The position numbers and the translations under genes were made by a program. Under the pieces are notes generated by a model, which made no database searches, was not told the origin of the DNA, and saw only the letters and a program-made list of their open reading frames with translations. A stretch of DNA of 64,000 nucleotides, taken from positions 21,415 to 85,414 of the forward strand of contig CAKPGR010000002.1 of the NCBI GenBank assembly GCA_934155005.1. Direction: 5' to 3'. Below are positions 48,897 to 60,926 of the stretch, piece after piece (the stretch's first letter is position 1; each line of letters starts with the position of its first letter). This DNA comes from an uncultured Bacilli bacterium (GTDB lineage Bacteria > Bacillota_I > Bacilli_A > RF39 > UBA660).

Positions 48897-51800
48897 AGTC
48901 CATTAATTCATCTTCTAAAACATCTAATGGTTCTATATTAGAAGAATCATTTTCTAATTCATAGTCAACATCTTTATATCTTCTAGCACCTGTTCCAGCT
49001 GGAATAAGTTTACCAATGATAACATTTTCTTTAAGACCTTCTAGTTTATCAACTTTACCATGAATAGCAGCATCAGTTAATATTCTAGTTGTCTCTTGGA
49101 ATGATGCAGCAGATAGGAATGAATCTGTTTCCAATGATGCTTTAGTAATTCCAAGTAATACTGGTCTACCAGTAGCTGGATTTTTACCTTCTAGAATTAA
49201 TTCTTTATTAATATCTCTAAAATGATTTATATTTATCATTGTACCAGGTAAGAATAATGAATTTCCTGAATTAATTATTTTAATTTTTGAAATCATACGT
49301 TTAGCAATAATTTCAACGTGTTTATCTGAAATATCAACACCTTGTGAACGATAAACTTTTTGAATTTCTGATAAGATATATTGTTGTACAGCAATTGGAT
49401 CTGTTACAACTAATAATTCTTTTGGACTAATAGCACCATGAGTAAGTCTTTGTCCAGCTTTAACTTCCTCACCTTTTTCTACTGCTAATTTAGCTCCATA
49501 ATTAGATGTATGATTTTTAACTTCAACATCATTTTTAACAGAAATAATAAATTTACCATTTTCTTCTATAATATCTGATACCACACCATTAATTTCTGAA
49601 ATAGTAGCTTTTCCTTTTGGATTACGAGCTTCAAATAATTCTTGAACACGAGGAAGACCTTGTGTAATATCGTCTCCGGCAACCCCACCAGTATTAATAG
49701 TACGCATTGTAAGTTGGGTACCTGGTTCACCAATTGATTGAGCAGCCATAATACCAACAGCTTCTCCTATCTCAACAATTTGTCCTGTCGCTAAATTACG
49801 CCCGTAGCAATGTTTACAAATTCCATTTTCACTCTTACAAGTTAAAACAGTTCTAATAGAAATCTTAGTGATACCAGCTTTAATTATTTTATCAGCTAAA
49901 TTTTCAGTTATATAAGTGTTTCTATCAACTATAACTTCTTTTGTTTCTGGATCAATTACTTTTTTATTGGTATAACGACCAACAATACGATCTCTAAATG
50001 ATTCGATTAATGTACCATCAGTATTTAGGAATGCTTCAACTATAACTCCTTCATCAGTACCACAATCTTCTTCTTTAATAATAATATCTTGGGCTACATC
50101 AACAAGTCTACGAGTTAAGTATCCAGCATCTGCTGTTTTAAGAGCTGTATCAACGAATCCTTTTCTAATACCATGTGTTCCAAGGAAGAATTCAGAAACT
50201 CTAACACCTTCAAGGAATGAAGATGTAATAGGAATTTCAACAGTACCACCATCTGGTTTTGCCATAAGTCCACGCATACCAGCCATTTGGTTATAACTTC
50301 CCATATCTCCACGGGCCCCAGAATCAATCATAATTGAAATTGGATTATCCTTATTTGATTCAATAATCTTTGTAAGTTCATCAGCAATTTTATTTTTAGC
50401 ATTACTCCAAGTTGCGATAACATTTTCATATCTTTCATGCTCAGTGATAATACCACGTTTATATTGCTTATTAATTTTATTAACTCTATCTTCAGCGTCA
50501 TCAAGAATTTGTTTTTTATCTTTTGATGGAATAATATCTGAAATAGCAATTGAAATACCAGAAATTGTTGATTCTCTAAATCCTAAATCTTTCATTTTAT
50601 CTAGCATTATAGAAGTCTCAGTTGTTTGATAACGTTTATAAATTTGAGCAATTAATTTTTTCAATACTCCCTTACCAAATGGTTTTACTAAATCCATTTC
50701 TTTAATAGCTTCTTTAATATTAGTTCCTTTAACTAAGAAATATTTATCAGGAGTAATTCCTTCAATATTTTCTTTTGTTCCATCATTAATATATTGGAAT
50801 GTATCTGGGAATATTTCATTAAATTTAAGTTTTCCTACTGTTGTAACTAAATATTTATCTTGTTGTTCTTCTGTAAATAATTTATGTTTAAATCCTTTTA
50901 CTGGAATAGCGATTCTTGTATGTTGAGTAATTTCTCTTCTTTCATAAGCCATTAAAGCCTCATCTGGATCTTTAAATACTCTACCTTCACCAGGTTCTCC
51001 AGATTTTTCAATAGTAATATAATAGTTACCTAAAATCATATCTTGACCTGGTGTAACAATTGGATTACCATCAGAAGGTTTCAAGATATTGTTTGCACCA
51101 AGCATAAGGATTCTTGCTTCTGCTTGTGCTTCTTCACTAATTGGAACGTGAACAGCCATTTGATCTCCATCGAAATCGGCATTAAATGCTGCACATACAA
51201 GTGGATGAAGACGAATTGCTCTACCACTAATTAGTTTAGGTTCAAATGCTTGAATACCAAGTCTATGTAGTGTTGGAGCACGGTTTAACATAACTGGATG
51301 TTCTTTAATTTTCTCCTCAACTATATCCCAAACACGTGGATCTTGATTTTCAATCATACGTTTAGCAGCTTTTATATTAGAAGCTAATTCTTTTGACACT
51401 AATCCATTAATTATATATGGTTTAAATAATTCAAGTGCCATTTCTTTTGGAATACCACATTCATACATTTTTAAATCTGGTCCAACAACGATAACTGAAC
51501 GCCCTGAATAGTCAACACGTTTACCAAGTAAGTTTTGACGGAAACGTCCTTGTTTACCTTTTAACATGCTAGATAAAGATTTTAAAGGTCTATTCCCAGC
51601 TCCTGTTATATTACGACCACGTCTACCATTATCAAATAAAGCATCTACTGATTCTTGTAACATACGTTTTTCATTTTGAATAATGATTGATGGCGCTCCT
51701 AATTCCATTAATTTTTTTAAACGATTATTACGGTTAATTACACGTCTATATAAATCATTTAAATCGGATGTAGCGAATCTACCACCATCTAATTGAATCA

Positions 51801-52527
51801 TTGGTCTAAGTTCTGGTGGAATAACTGGAATAACATCCATAATCATCCACTCAGGTTTATTTCCTGATTCTAAGAAAGCATCTAATACATCTAATCTTTT
51901 AACTAGACGAATTCTCTTTTGACTAGTTGAATCTTTTATTTCTTCTATTTCTTCTTTTATTTTTTTTACTTCTTCTTCAATGTTTACTTCACAAAGTAGT
52001 TCTTTAATTGCCTCAGCACCCATTCCTACTCTAAAAGTATTACCATATTTTTCATAATAAGAACGATATTCTTTATCAGAAATAGTTTGTTTTTTCTCTA
52101 AAGGTGCTTCACCTGGATCTAATACAACATATGAAACGAAATATAAAACTTCTTCCAAATCTCTTGGTGACATATCAAGCACTAGTCCCATTCTTGATGG
52201 AATTCCTTTAAAGAACCATATGTGAGATACTGGTGTAGCAAGTTCGATATGTCCCATACGTTCACGACGAACTTTTGATTTAGTAACTTCTACACCACAT
52301 CTATCACAAACGATATTTTTATATCTTAATCTTTTATATTTACCACAACTACATTCAAAATCTTTAGTTGGTCCAAATATCTTTTCACAGAATAAACCAT
52401 CTCTTTCTGGTTTTAAAGTACGATAGTTTATTGTTTCAGCTTTTTTTACTTCTCCATGTGACCAAGCACGAATTTTTTCAGGAGAGGCAATTGAAATTCT
52501 TAATCCTTCAATATTATTAACATCCAT
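48895..52527 (-). CDS. rpoC: RNA polymerase beta' subunit
   Basis: 1210 aa with the NADFDGDQM catalytic motif and an N-terminal zinc-binding CxC...CxxC. The start overlaps the rpoB stop (TAATG). Confidence 0.98.
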   Translation of the reverse strand: MDVNNIEGLRISIASPEKIRAWSHGEVKKAETINYRTLKPERDGLFCEKIFGPTKDFECSCGKYKRLRYKNIVCDRCGVEVTKSKVRRERMGHIELATPVSHIWFFKGIPSRMGLVLDMSPRDLEEVLYFVSYVVLDPGEAPLEKKQTISDKEYRSYYEKYGNTFRVGMGAEAIKELLCEVNIEEEVKKIKEEIEEIKDSTSQKRIRLVKRLDVLDAFLESGNKPEWMIMDVIPVIPPELRPMIQLDGGRFATSDLNDLYRRVINRNNRLKKLMELGAPSIIIQNEKRMLQESVDALFDNGRRGRNITGAGNRPLKSLSSMLKGKQGRFRQNLLGKRVDYSGRSVIVVGPDLKMYECGIPKEMALELFKPYIINGLVSKELASNIKAAKRMIENQDPRVWDIVEEKIKEHPVMLNRAPTLHRLGIQAFEPKLISGRAIRLHPLVCAAFNADFDGDQMAVHVPISEEAQAEARILMLGANNILKPSDGNPIVTPGQDMILGNYYITIEKSGEPGEGRVFKDPDEALMAYERREITQHTRIAIPVKGFKHKLFTEEQQDKYLVTTVGKLKFNEIFPDTFQYINDGTKENIEGITPDKYFLVKGTNIKEAIKEMDLVKPFGKGVLKKLIAQIYKRYQTTETSIMLDKMKDLGFRESTISGISIAISDIIPSKDKKQILDDAEDRVNKINKQYKRGIITEHERYENVIATWSNAKNKIADELTKIIESNKDNPISIMIDSGARGDMGSYNQMAGMRGLMAKPDGGTVEIPITSSFLEGVRVSEFFLGTHGIRKGFVDTALKTADAGYLTRRLVDVAQDIIIKEEDCGTDEGVIVEAFLNTDGTLIESFRDRIVGRYTNKKVIDPETKEVIVDRNTYITENLADKIIKAGITKISIRTVLTCKSENGICKHCYGRNLATGQIVEIGEAVGIMAAQSIGEPGTQLTMRTINTGGVAGDDITQGLPRVQELFEARNPKGKATISEINGVVSDIIEENGKFIISVKNDVEVKNHTSNYGAKLAVEKGEEVKAGQRLTHGAISPKELLVVTDPIAVQQYILSEIQKVYRSQGVDISDKHVEIIAKRMISKIKIINSGNSLFLPGTMININHFRDINKELILEGKNPATGRPVLLGITKASLETDSFLSAASFQETTRILTDAAIHGKVDKLEGLKENVIIGKLIPAGTGARRYKDVDYELENDSSNIEPLDVLEDELMD

Positions 52528-55500
52528 TAATCTTCAGCCCCTTCCATTTTTTCTAATTCTTCTAAAGGTACATCTTCAATATTATCTAAATCATTATCAA
52601 ATTCTTCATTTTCTTCTAATGGTTCATTATCTTCAACTTCTTCTGGTTCTATATTAGTAGGTTGTAAATATGAATCTTCTTCATCTTCTTCTACTTCTTT
52701 AAAATCAACATATTCCCCTTCTTTATTTAAAACAGAAATATCTAATCCTAAAGCTTGGAATTCTTTTATTAAAACTCTAAAGCTTTCTGGAACTCCTGAT
52801 TTTGGAAGTGGTGTTCCCTTAACTAATGATTCATAAACTTTAACACGTCCAACAACATCATCTGATTTTATAGTAATCATCTCTTGTAAAACGTGAGCAG
52901 CACCATAAGCATAAAGTGCCCAAACTTCCATTTCACCAAATCTTTGTCCACCAAATTGAGCTTTACCACCAAGTGGTTGTTGTGTAACAAGTGAATAAGG
53001 TCCTGTTGATCTAGCATGTAGTTTATCATCAACCATGTGATGAAGTTTTATCATGTACATAACACCTACACTAATTCTATTATCAAATTTTTCACCTGTA
53101 CGTCCATCATATAGTTCAGATTTACCATCAGCATCACATCCTGCTTCTTTTAAGGCATCAACAATTTCTTCTACATTAGCACCATCAAATACTGGTGTTG
53201 CTACATATATACCAAGTTCTTTGGCAGCTAAACCTAAATGCATTTCTAGGATTTGCCCTAAATTCATACGCGATGGAACTCCAAGTGGGTTAAGTAAGAT
53301 ATCAATTGGCTCACCATTTGGTAAGTATGGCATATCTTCTTCTGGTAATATTAATGATACAACACCTTTATTACCATGACGTCCAGCCATTTTATCTCCA
53401 ACTGTTATTTTACGTTTTTGAGCTATATAAACACGAACAATTTTTGAAACTCCTGCTGGAAGTTCATCAGAATCTTCTTTTGTAAATATTTTTACATCAT
53501 GTACGATACCTGCTCCACCATTTGGAACTCTTAATGATGTATCTCTTACTTCACGAGTTTTTTCTCCAAAAATAGCATGTAATAATTTTTCTTCGCTTGT
53601 AAGTTCAGCCATTCCTTTTGGTGTTACCTTACCAACTAATATATCATCACTTTTAACCTCTGTACCTATTCTAATAATACCATTTTCATCTAAGTTTTTA
53701 CGTGCTTCTTCACCTATATTTGGAATATCACGTGTAAATTCTTCTGGTCCAAGTTTAGTATCACGACATTCAATTTGATAATCTTCAATATGGATTGAAG
53801 TATAAACATCATCTTTAACTAGTCTTTCATTTAATATAACGGCATCTTCATAGTTATATCCATTATAGTTCATAAATGCTACTGTAACATTTTTACCAAG
53901 TGACATTTCACCTTTATCAGTTGAAGGCCCATCGGCAATTACTTGTCCCATTTTTACTTTATCATTTTTTCTTACAATTGGTACTTGATGATAACATGTA
54001 CCAGCATTACTTCTTTCATATCCATTTAAGTAGTATGTATCCATTCCACCTAATGTTTTAACAATTATTTTTTTAGCATCAACATAGTCAACTATACCAT
54101 CAGCATTTGCTATTACAACTGCTCCAGAATCTTTTGCTGCAACTCCTTCTACACCTGTTCCAACAAGTGGTGCCTCTGCTTTTAAAAGTGGTATTGCTTG
54201 ACGTTGCATGTTAGCACCCATAAGGGCTCTTTTTCCATCATCGTGTTCCAAGAATGGAATACCTTGTGTTGCAATTGATACAACTTGTTGTGGTGAAACA
54301 TCCATATAATCAACTTTTTCAGCTTCAATCATAATGTTATCTCCACGATATCTAACTGGAACCATTTCATCAGCAATTATATCATCTTTAACATTAACTG
54401 CTGCTTGTGAAATATAATAATCTAATTCTTCATCAGCAGTCATATAAACAACTTCATCAGTTATTTTTTTATTATTTACTTTTCTATATGGAGTCATTAT
54501 AAATCCATAATCATCAACCTTAGCGTAACTTGAAAGTTGTGTTATTAAACCGATATTAGGTCCTTCTGGTGATTCTACTGGACAAAGTCTACCATAGTGT
54601 GATGCATTAACGTCACGAACATCCATACCAGCTCTATCTCTTGAAAGTCCACCAGGTCCTAATGAAGAAAGTCTTCTTTTATTTGAAAGTTCAGCAACTG
54701 GATTTGTTTGATCCATAAATTGTGAAAGTTGTGATGAACCAAAGAATTCCTTAATAGAAGCTGTAAGCGGTCTAATATTAATTAATGATTTTGGTGTTAC
54801 CTCTTCTATTTCTTGAGTACTCATACGATCACGAATAACTCTTTCAATTCTTGAAATACCAATTCTAAATTGATTTTGTAATAATTCACCAACTTGACGA
54901 ACACGTCTATTTGATAAGTGATCTATTTCATCAAAATTTCCAATTCCATCTAATAAATTTAAATAATATGATACTGATGCATAAATATCAGAAATAGTAA
55001 GTCTTTTTACGTCAATTTCTGGATCATTACCAATTATTTCAACTACTTTAGTCTTGTCTACATTTGAGTAAACTTTAACTGTTTGAACTCTATTATATGA
55101 ATCTAATTCTTCATTTATTAAAGTTTCTTTTATACCGTATCCTTTTTCAAAAATAGGTTTTAAAGTTTCTAGAACTTCTTTTGTAACAAGTGTATCTTTT
55201 TCAGCAACAACTTTATTTCCATCTTTAATTGTTTCTGCTAATACACATCCAAGTAATCTATCAACAACATTTAATTTACGATTAAATTTATAACGTCCTA
55301 CACGAGCTAAATCATATCTAAATGAATCAAAAAATCTAGATATTAATTGGTTTTTAGCACTATCTAATGTTGAAGGTTCACCTGGTCTTAATTTAGAATG
55401 AATATCAATTAATGATTCATCTGTATTTTTGTTAGTGTCTTTATTAATTGTATTATTTAAATATTCATTTTCTCCAAATAAGTCAATTATATCTTCATCA

Positions 55501-56108
55501 CTTGAAAGTCCAATTGCTCTAAGTAATGTAGTGATAGGAACTTTTCTAGTTCTATCGATTCGAACATAGATAACATTTCTAGCATCTAGTTCATATTCAA
55601 GCCATGTACCTCTTGTTGGTATAACTTGACTAGTTACAACAGATCTACCATTTTTATCTATTTCTTTTGAGAAATAAACAGATGGAGACCTAACTAATTG
55701 TGAGACAATAACTCTCTCAGCACCATTAATAATAAATGTACCGCTTTCAGTCATAACAGGCATATCTCCAAGATAGATTTCTTGTTCTTTTACTTCTCCT
55801 GTTTCATGATTAAAAAGTCTAGCTTGCACTTTTAAAGGCGCTGCATAAGTTGCATATCTCTCTTTACAATCTTTAATTGAGTATCTTGGTTTGTCAAAAT
55901 AATATTCACCAAATTCTAACGCTAAATTACCAGTAAAACTCTCTACTGGAAAAATATCTTCAAATACTTCGGTTATACCATTAGTTAAAAACCAATCATA
56001 AGATTTTTTTTGAATTTCAAGTAAATTACCTAATTCAATAGCATTTTTTGTTTTTGCATAATTTCTTCTTTCGCGATAATCGCTAAATTTTTTAACTGTA
56101 TAAGCCAC
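52527..56108 (-). CDS. rpoB: RNA polymerase beta subunit
   Basis: Conserved throughout, with an acidic C-terminal tail. GTG 56108 (AGGGGTGA SD) gives an N-terminus that aligns with Bacillus RpoB; the track's TTG 56153 adds 15 aa. Confidence 0.97.
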   Translation of the reverse strand: MAYTVKKFSDYRERRNYAKTKNAIELGNLLEIQKKSYDWFLTNGITEVFEDIFPVESFTGNLALEFGEYYFDKPRYSIKDCKERYATYAAPLKVQARLFNHETGEVKEQEIYLGDMPVMTESGTFIINGAERVIVSQLVRSPSVYFSKEIDKNGRSVVTSQVIPTRGTWLEYELDARNVIYVRIDRTRKVPITTLLRAIGLSSDEDIIDLFGENEYLNNTINKDTNKNTDESLIDIHSKLRPGEPSTLDSAKNQLISRFFDSFRYDLARVGRYKFNRKLNVVDRLLGCVLAETIKDGNKVVAEKDTLVTKEVLETLKPIFEKGYGIKETLINEELDSYNRVQTVKVYSNVDKTKVVEIIGNDPEIDVKRLTISDIYASVSYYLNLLDGIGNFDEIDHLSNRRVRQVGELLQNQFRIGISRIERVIRDRMSTQEIEEVTPKSLINIRPLTASIKEFFGSSQLSQFMDQTNPVAELSNKRRLSSLGPGGLSRDRAGMDVRDVNASHYGRLCPVESPEGPNIGLITQLSSYAKVDDYGFIMTPYRKVNNKKITDEVVYMTADEELDYYISQAAVNVKDDIIADEMVPVRYRGDNIMIEAEKVDYMDVSPQQVVSIATQGIPFLEHDDGKRALMGANMQRQAIPLLKAEAPLVGTGVEGVAAKDSGAVVIANADGIVDYVDAKKIIVKTLGGMDTYYLNGYERSNAGTCYHQVPIVRKNDKVKMGQVIADGPSTDKGEMSLGKNVTVAFMNYNGYNYEDAVILNERLVKDDVYTSIHIEDYQIECRDTKLGPEEFTRDIPNIGEEARKNLDENGIIRIGTEVKSDDILVGKVTPKGMAELTSEEKLLHAIFGEKTREVRDTSLRVPNGGAGIVHDVKIFTKEDSDELPAGVSKIVRVYIAQKRKITVGDKMAGRHGNKGVVSLILPEEDMPYLPNGEPIDILLNPLGVPSRMNLGQILEMHLGLAAKELGIYVATPVFDGANVEEIVDALKEAGCDADGKSELYDGRTGEKFDNRISVGVMYMIKLHHMVDDKLHARSTGPYSLVTQQPLGGKAQFGGQRFGEMEVWALYAYGAAHVLQEMITIKSDDVVGRVKVYESLVKGTPLPKSGVPESFRVLIKEFQALGLDISVLNKEGEYVDFKEVEEDEEDSYLQPTNIEPEEVEDNEPLEENEEFDNDLDNIEDVPLEELEKMEGAED

Positions 56109-56352
56109 TCTTTCACCCCTACGTACTATATTTTTTAAAAGAACATAACTCAAAATAAAGTGTATGCGTCAATTTATAATTTTAACAAATTTGTTTCAAA
56201 TTGTCAATTATTTTCATGATGTTCCTATATTTAGATCAACATTCTTTCTTGCCAATTCCAAGATCCTTCTGTTATATCAATTACAAGAATATCTTTATTA
56301 AGTTTATATAGATATTAATTGGTGAATATCATACTTAAATAAATACGACCAA

Positions 56353-56374
56353 AGCCCATACATACGTATAGGCT
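56353..56374 (-). terminator. Hairpin (partial terminator/attenuator) between rplL and rpoB
   Basis: Coding strand reads AGCCTATAC-GTAT-GTATGGGCT, 9 bp with one G-U, 12 nt after the rplL stop. The trailing U run is weak. Confidence 0.45.
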
Positions 56375-56386
56375 ATAATCATATAA

Positions 56387-56755
56387 CTATTTTAATTCGA
56401 TAGTAGCTCCAGCTTCTTCGAATTTAGCTTTAATTTCATTAGCTTCATCAGTAGATACATTTTCTTTAATAACTCCACCATTATCAGCGATAGCTTTAGA
56501 TTCTCCTAAACCTAATCCTGTAATTTCTTTGATTAATTTGATAACTGGAAGTTTATTAGCACCAGCGCTTGCTAATACAACATTAACTGAGCTTGGTCCT
56601 TCTTCTACAGCTTCACCTTGAGCTGGTGCAGCAACTGCAACAGCACTTGGATCTACACCAAATTCTTCTTTCATTGCATCTACTAATTCTTTTACTTCAA
56701 GAATTGTCATTTCTTTTAATCCACTAATAAATTCGTCTTTTGTAAATTTTGCCAT
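56387..56755 (-). CDS. rplL: 50S ribosomal protein L7/L12
   Basis: 122 aa with an Ala-rich hinge and a C-terminal KLIKEITGLGLGESKA...EEAGATIELK. Confidence 0.97.
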   Translation of the reverse strand: MAKFTKDEFISGLKEMTILEVKELVDAMKEEFGVDPSAVAVAAPAQGEAVEEGPSSVNVVLASAGANKLPVIKLIKEITGLGLGESKAIADNGGVIKENVSTDEANEIKAKFEEAGATIELK

Positions 56756-56787
56756 TTTACATTCCTCCTCTTTTTTATTTTATATTT

Positions 56788-57279
56788 TTATTTTTCTAAA
56801 TCTTTACTATATAAATCTAAACTAATAGATAAGTCGCGAACAACTCCCATAAGTCCAGAAGCAAGCATTGTAAGCAATCCTTCTCTTGATGGAATAGCAG
56901 CTAATTCGCTTAACATTTTTTGATCAGCAATTTCGCCATCTACAACTCCAACTTTAAGTTCTAATGCTTTATGTTTTTTTGCAAAATCGCTTAGCACTTT
57001 GATTGGCGCTACTGCATCACTACCAAATGCTATTGCCTTTGGTCCATTTAAATGTTCATCAATATTGATATTCAAATTATCTAAGGCTCTTTTTGTTAAT
57101 GTATTTTTATAGATCTTAAATTCTGAACCAGTTTCTTTTAATTTTCTTCTAAGTTCATTTGTTTCAGAAACTGTAAGTCCACGATATTCAAATAAAACAT
57201 AAGTTGATGCATTTTTCATTTTATCTGTTATTTCATTAACAACTTCTTGTTTCTTTTCAATTATTTTTTGATTTGCCAT
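56788..57279 (-). CDS. rplJ: 50S ribosomal protein L10
   Basis: 163 aa with VLFEYRGLTVSETNELRRKLKE and a strong GAAGGAGGTG SD. Confidence 0.96.
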   Translation of the reverse strand: MANQKIIEKKQEVVNEITDKMKNASTYVLFEYRGLTVSETNELRRKLKETGSEFKIYKNTLTKRALDNLNINIDEHLNGPKAIAFGSDAVAPIKVLSDFAKKHKALELKVGVVDGEIADQKMLSELAAIPSREGLLTMLASGLMGVVRDLSISLDLYSKDLEK

Positions 57280-57403
57280 CTTGCACCTCCTTCATATTTT
57301 CCCGTAAAAAAGTCCTTAACACTGTAAGGACCCGAAAGACTTAGTATAAGTTCCTCGGTAGGATATTTAAGCATACGCACCTACTGTCTACGGTTCCAAT
57401 CAC
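57280..57403 (-). ncRNA. rplJL 5' leader (L10-leader-type autoregulatory attenuator)
   Basis: About 124-nt structured UTR. GUAGG/CCUAC helix, then GTCCTTA-CAGTGT-TAAGGAC followed by T6 (57306-57331) just before the SD. The position matches the Firmicutes L10 leader. Confidence 0.6.
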
Positions 57404-57409
57404 ATTTAA

Positions 57410-57438
57410 ATTATAACATATTATTTATTACATGTCAA
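57410..57438 (-). promoter_or_regulatory. Consensus SigA promoter for rplJL
   Basis: TTGACA (57433-57438), 17-nt spacer, then TGTTATAAT with extended -10 (TATAAT at 57410-57415). It lies within the last codons of rplA. Confidence 0.75.
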
Positions 57439-58123
57439 AGTCATTTATATCAATTTTAACACCTGGACCCATAGTTGATGATAAACTAACATTTAAAATG
57501 TATTTACCTTTTACAACTGATGGTTTTGTTTTACTTATAAGTGATACAAATGCTTTAATATTTTCAACTAGTTTTTGATCTTCAAAAGATACTTTTCCAA
57601 CTAAAACATGTACATTTCCGTAACTATCTGTACGATATTCAATACGTCCTTTTTTAACATCTTCAACAGCTGTTTTTGTATCCATTGTAACAGTTCCAGT
57701 TTTAGGGTTTGGCATTAATCCTTTTGGTCCTAAAACTCTACCTAATTTACCAAGTAATGGCATCATATCAGGTGTTGCTATCATTGTATCAAAATCAAAC
57801 CAATTTTCTTTTTCTATTTTTTCTAAATAATCACTGTCTCCAACATAATCAGCGCCAGCTTCTTTTGCAGCTTTTGCAGCTTCTCCCTTAGCAATAACTA
57901 AAACTTTTTTAGTTTTTCCTGTTCCATTTGGTAAAACGATTGCTCCTCTTAATTGTTGGTCAGCTTTCTTAGTATCAAGATTTAATCTTAATGCTAATTC
58001 GATTGAAGCATCAAAATTAGTTATTGAAGTTTCTTTTGCTAATTTTACAGCTTCTTCTAATGTATAGCTTTTTGTTTTATCAATTTTTTTTGCAGCTTCT
58101 ACATATTTTTTTCCTTTTTTCAT
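57428..58123 (-). CDS. rplA: 50S ribosomal protein L1
   Basis: 231 aa with [19 protein letters not shown] and [16 protein letters not shown]. Confidence 0.97.
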   Translation of the reverse strand: MKKGKKYVEAAKKIDKTKSYTLEEAVKLAKETSITNFDASIELALRLNLDTKKADQQLRGAIVLPNGTGKTKKVLVIAKGEAAKAAKEAGADYVGDSDYLEKIEKENWFDFDTMIATPDMMPLLGKLGRVLGPKGLMPNPKTGTVTMDTKTAVEDVKKGRIEYRTDSYGNVHVLVGKVSFEDQKLVENIKAFVSLISKTKPSVVKGKYILNVSLSSTMGPGVKIDINDFDM

Positions 58124-58187
58124 TTTATACCTCCTTATGTGGTCTAATAGCGGATTTTACTTCCTCCCACAGGGGAAATTATTATTT

Positions 58188-58616
58188 TTAATTTTCTTCT
58201 ATTTTAACGCCCATATTACGAGCTGTTCCAGTAACACTTTTCATAACTGCTTCAACATCATAAGCGTTTGAATCTGGTAATTTAATTTCAGCTATTTCTC
58301 TAAGTTGAGCTTGTGTTAAAGTTGCAACTGTTTCATTAGATCCTTTAACAGAACCTTTTTTAATACCAGCAAACTTTTTGATTAATTCAGCTACCGGTGG
58401 AGTTTTTAATACGAAATCAAATGTTCTATCTTCATAAACATTGATTACAACTGGTATTATATCTCCCATTTTATCTTTTGTAGCGTCATTATATTTTGTA
58501 CAAAATTCACCTAAATTAATACCTGCAGGTCCTAAAACTGTTCCTACTGGTGGTGCTGGTGTTGCTTTTCCAGCTGGAATTTGTAACTTAATAACTTTTG
58601 AAATTTGTTTTGCCAC
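58188..58616 (-). CDS. rplK: 50S ribosomal protein L11
   Basis: [31 protein letters not shown] 58616 has a GGAGGTG SD upstream. The track's start at 58625 is the GTG inside the SD itself. Confidence 0.96.
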   Translation of the reverse strand: MAKQISKVIKLQIPAGKATPAPPVGTVLGPAGINLGEFCTKYNDATKDKMGDIIPVVINVYEDRTFDFVLKTPPVAELIKKFAGIKKGSVKGSNETVATLTQAQLREIAEIKLPDSNAYDVEAVMKSVTGTARNMGVKIEEN

Positions 58617-58711
58617 GAAAAACACCTCCTATACTTTTTTCGCGAGTGGTTCAAATGATATCCGCTTTTTCAATCTCCCACTTTATCTATATAAATATAT
58701 ATAGCTAGTTA

Positions 58712-58740
58712 AATATATCATATTTTTAACATTTTGTAAA
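58712..58740 (-). promoter_or_regulatory. SigA-type promoter for rplKA
   Basis: TTTACA (58735-58740), 17-nt spacer, then TGATATATT with extended -10 (58712-58717), about 90 nt upstream of rplK. Confidence 0.6.
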
Positions 58741-58742
58741 TA

Positions 58743-59399
58743 TTATTTAGTCTTAGAAATAATTTTTTCTCTATTTTGAACATTTACAATGAACTCATAT
58801 TTATCTACTTTTTTATAAACTTCTCCAATTTTAGAATATTCAATTGGATTTATTTTTATACTTATAAAGTAATTAGATAAGTAATGATTTTCACTTAATA
58901 ACATTTTTAAATCATGTGAAAAATCTTCTAAAAATTTATTAGGTACAGGAAAACCAATCCCACCTATCAATACTTTTGCATTTAAATCTTTAAAAAGTGG
59001 ATCGTTATAAAAAAATTGATTTTTTTGATATTGACTAAGCAATTGGTTTATCAAAATACTATTAACCTTATCAATTTGATTATTCAAATCTAAATAATAA
59101 TTATATAGTCCACTATTCATATAATTAATCTCATCCGTTGTATATTGTTTTTTTGTTTTATCAATAAAATCTAGTTGTTTTCTTTTTTCTTCCATTATAA
59201 TTTCATCAGCAATTTGTTTACTACTAGAAGAATTATTTAAAATATTGTCTACATTTTCTTGGTAATTAATCATATTATTCAAAATTTCATTTTTTATTTT
59301 TTCTTGTTCTAATAGTGAGTCTACATTATTTTGGATATTTTTTTTACTTTCAAATTGATTTAAAATTTGATCTATTTTTTCTTCTAAATTCTCAGTCAT
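58743..59399 (-). CDS. Hypothetical protein inserted between nusG and rplK
   Basis: 218-aa intact ORF. Asn/Gln/Glu-rich helical N-terminal half and a globular C-terminal half. Its ATG lies 1 nt after the nusG stop. Confidence 0.55.
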   Translation of the reverse strand: MTENLEEKIDQILNQFESKKNIQNNVDSLLEQEKIKNEILNNMINYQENVDNILNNSSSSKQIADEIIMEEKRKQLDFIDKTKKQYTTDEINYMNSGLYNYYLDLNNQIDKVNSILINQLLSQYQKNQFFYNDPLFKDLNAKVLIGGIGFPVPNKFLEDFSHDLKMLLSENHYLSNYFISIKINPIEYSKIGEVYKKVDKYEFIVNVQNREKIISKTK

Positions 59400-59400
59400 A

Positions 59401-59934
59401 TTATGCCTTTTCTATTTCAGAAAGACCAAGTTCTACAACTGTTTCTTGTCCAAATAAATCTAGCGCTACTTCTAATGATTGGTTTTCTACATTAATTTTT
59501 TTAACTTTTCCAAACATGTTAGCAAATGGTCCACTTGAAACTTTAACCATATCGTCTACATTCAAATCGTTTCCAATTTCAAGTCTACTCATACCCATTG
59601 ACCCTAATATTTTATCAACTTCGTTTGGAGCTAATGGGAAAGGTTTTGCACCTTTACCAGATGATCCAATAAACCCTGTAACACCAGGTGTATTTCTAAC
59701 TATAAACCAAGCTTCGTCTGTCATTACCATTTCAACTAATATATAACCTGGAAACATCTTTTTTACTTTTTTCTTTTCTTTACCATCTTTTATTTCAACT
59801 TCTGTTTGTTCTGGAACTATAACTCTTAAAATATAATCTTCCATTCCCATAGTTGAAGCACGCATTTCAAGTTTTTCTTTTACCTTATTCTCATGCCCTG
59901 AATAAGTATTTACTACATACCATTCTTTTTCCAT
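59401..59934 (-). CDS. nusG: Transcription termination/antitermination factor NusG
   Basis: MEKEWYVVNTYSGHENKVKEKLE, NGN domain plus KOW (VKVSSGPFANMFGKV). Confidence 0.95.
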   Translation of the reverse strand: MEKEWYVVNTYSGHENKVKEKLEMRASTMGMEDYILRVIVPEQTEVEIKDGKEKKKVKKMFPGYILVEMVMTDEAWFIVRNTPGVTGFIGSSGKGAKPFPLAPNEVDKILGSMGMSRLEIGNDLNVDDMVKVSSGPFANMFGKVKKINVENQSLEVALDLFGQETVVELGLSEIEKA

Positions 59935-60113
59935 TATCTAATCACCGTCTTTACTACTGAAAATATTAAATCTAAACTTGTAAAAAATAATCCAAATATT
60001 AAAATACAAGCTAAGGTTGCAATTGAATTTTCAATCATTTCTTTCTTTTCAGGCCATCTTACCTTTTTCATTTCTTTTTTTACGCTTACTAAAAACCTAA
60101 CTATTTTTTTCAT
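59934..60113 (-). CDS. secE: Preprotein translocase subunit SecE
   Basis: Not in the track (59 aa). My translation is MKKIVRFLVSVKKEMKKVRWPEKKEMIENSIATLACILIFGLFFTSLDLIFSVVKTVIR. AAGGA SD. The stop overlaps the nusG start (TAATG). Confidence 0.85.
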   Translation of the reverse strand: MKKIVRFLVSVKKEMKKVRWPEKKEMIENSIATLACILIFGLFFTSLDLIFSVVKTVIR

Positions 60114-60218
60114 TTTACCATCCTTTATTCCAAATAAAAAACACTTGCGTGTTAATTAAATTATATCATTTTTTTTTATTTAGTCAATAATAATATGATA
60201 TTTATATAAGTTTATTTA

Positions 60219-60926
60219 TTACTTTATTCTTTTATACATATAAACTGTTATATATGGCTGTAAATTTGTAAATGATGTTCCTTGGCAATTTACACAACTT
60301 GTCGTTGTTCCACTATATGTATGGGTATGATTACCTAATGTACCCCATGTTGTATATGGATTAGATGTATCATAATTATGCCATACAAGTTGCCATTCAG
60401 AATTTGTAGGAGTTGCTGCTGGCCACGCTACATACTTACCAAAGTTAGAACTATTATCAGTTGTTCCGCTATATGTATGATTATGACTTGGAAGGTTTGA
60501 TGTTGTAAGTGTTGTTGTGCTACTTCCTCCTGTCTTACTTACCATATTGAAGTTTGTATCATTTATATCTACTCCAACTAATGTCTTTCCTGTTCCATAT
60601 GCTTCCCATGTTCCACCAAATTTGGTCGCTACATCAGATGCACTTTTTATATCTGTTGATATATAAATACTTCCCACTGGATACATTTTATCTAACATTG
60701 AATTTATTTTTGTACTTAATTCGTCATACTTATCAGCTATACTATATAATTCATCTAGTGAGTTTTGAAGAGTTGCATCACTTCCTAAATTAGAACCTGC
60801 AGGAGAATCTACTGATACATCACCTGCATAAAATTTTGTTCCTGCATATACACTTACGCTTCCAAATATTAATCCTATTATTATTCCAAATATATTCTTC
60901 TTTATTAAATTTAAAACTTTCTTCAT
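60219..60926 (-). CDS. Family member 6: Sec-signal N-module (A) plus tail-fibre-like C-module (T) with two HxH motifs
   Basis: Start set at ATG 60926 (AAAGGA SD); the track's TTG 60950 lies in the leader. SNLGSDATLQNSLDELYSIADKYDEL, YPVGSIY, GGTWEAYGTGKTLVG, LPSHNHTY, GNHTHTY, ending QPYITVYMYKRIK. Confidence 0.75.
   Translation of the reverse strand: MKKVLNLIKKNIFGIIIGLIFGSVSVYAGTKFYAGDVSVDSPAGSNLGSDATLQNSLDELYSIADKYDELSTKINSMLDKMYPVGSIYISTDIKSASDVATKFGGTWEAYGTGKTLVGVDINDTNFNMVSKTGGSSTTTLTTSNLPSHNHTYSGTTDNSSNFGKYVAWPAATPTNSEWQLVWHNYDTSNPYTTWGTLGNHTHTYSGTTTSCVNCQGTSFTNLQPYITVYMYKRIK

Noticed and set aside
58617-58625. N-terminal extensions proposed by the ORF track: rplK MFFV-, rpoB +15 aa, parC +15 aa, hrcA +7 aa, xfp +9 aa, spoIVB +14 aa, the GT gene +15 aa, ylmC +27 aa, the methyltransferase +36 aa, and family member 6 +8 aa.
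   Set aside because: The extensions start at GTG or TTG codons that lie inside or abut the SD, or inside operators or leaders. Internal starts have properly spaced SD sequences and match the N-termini of homologs.
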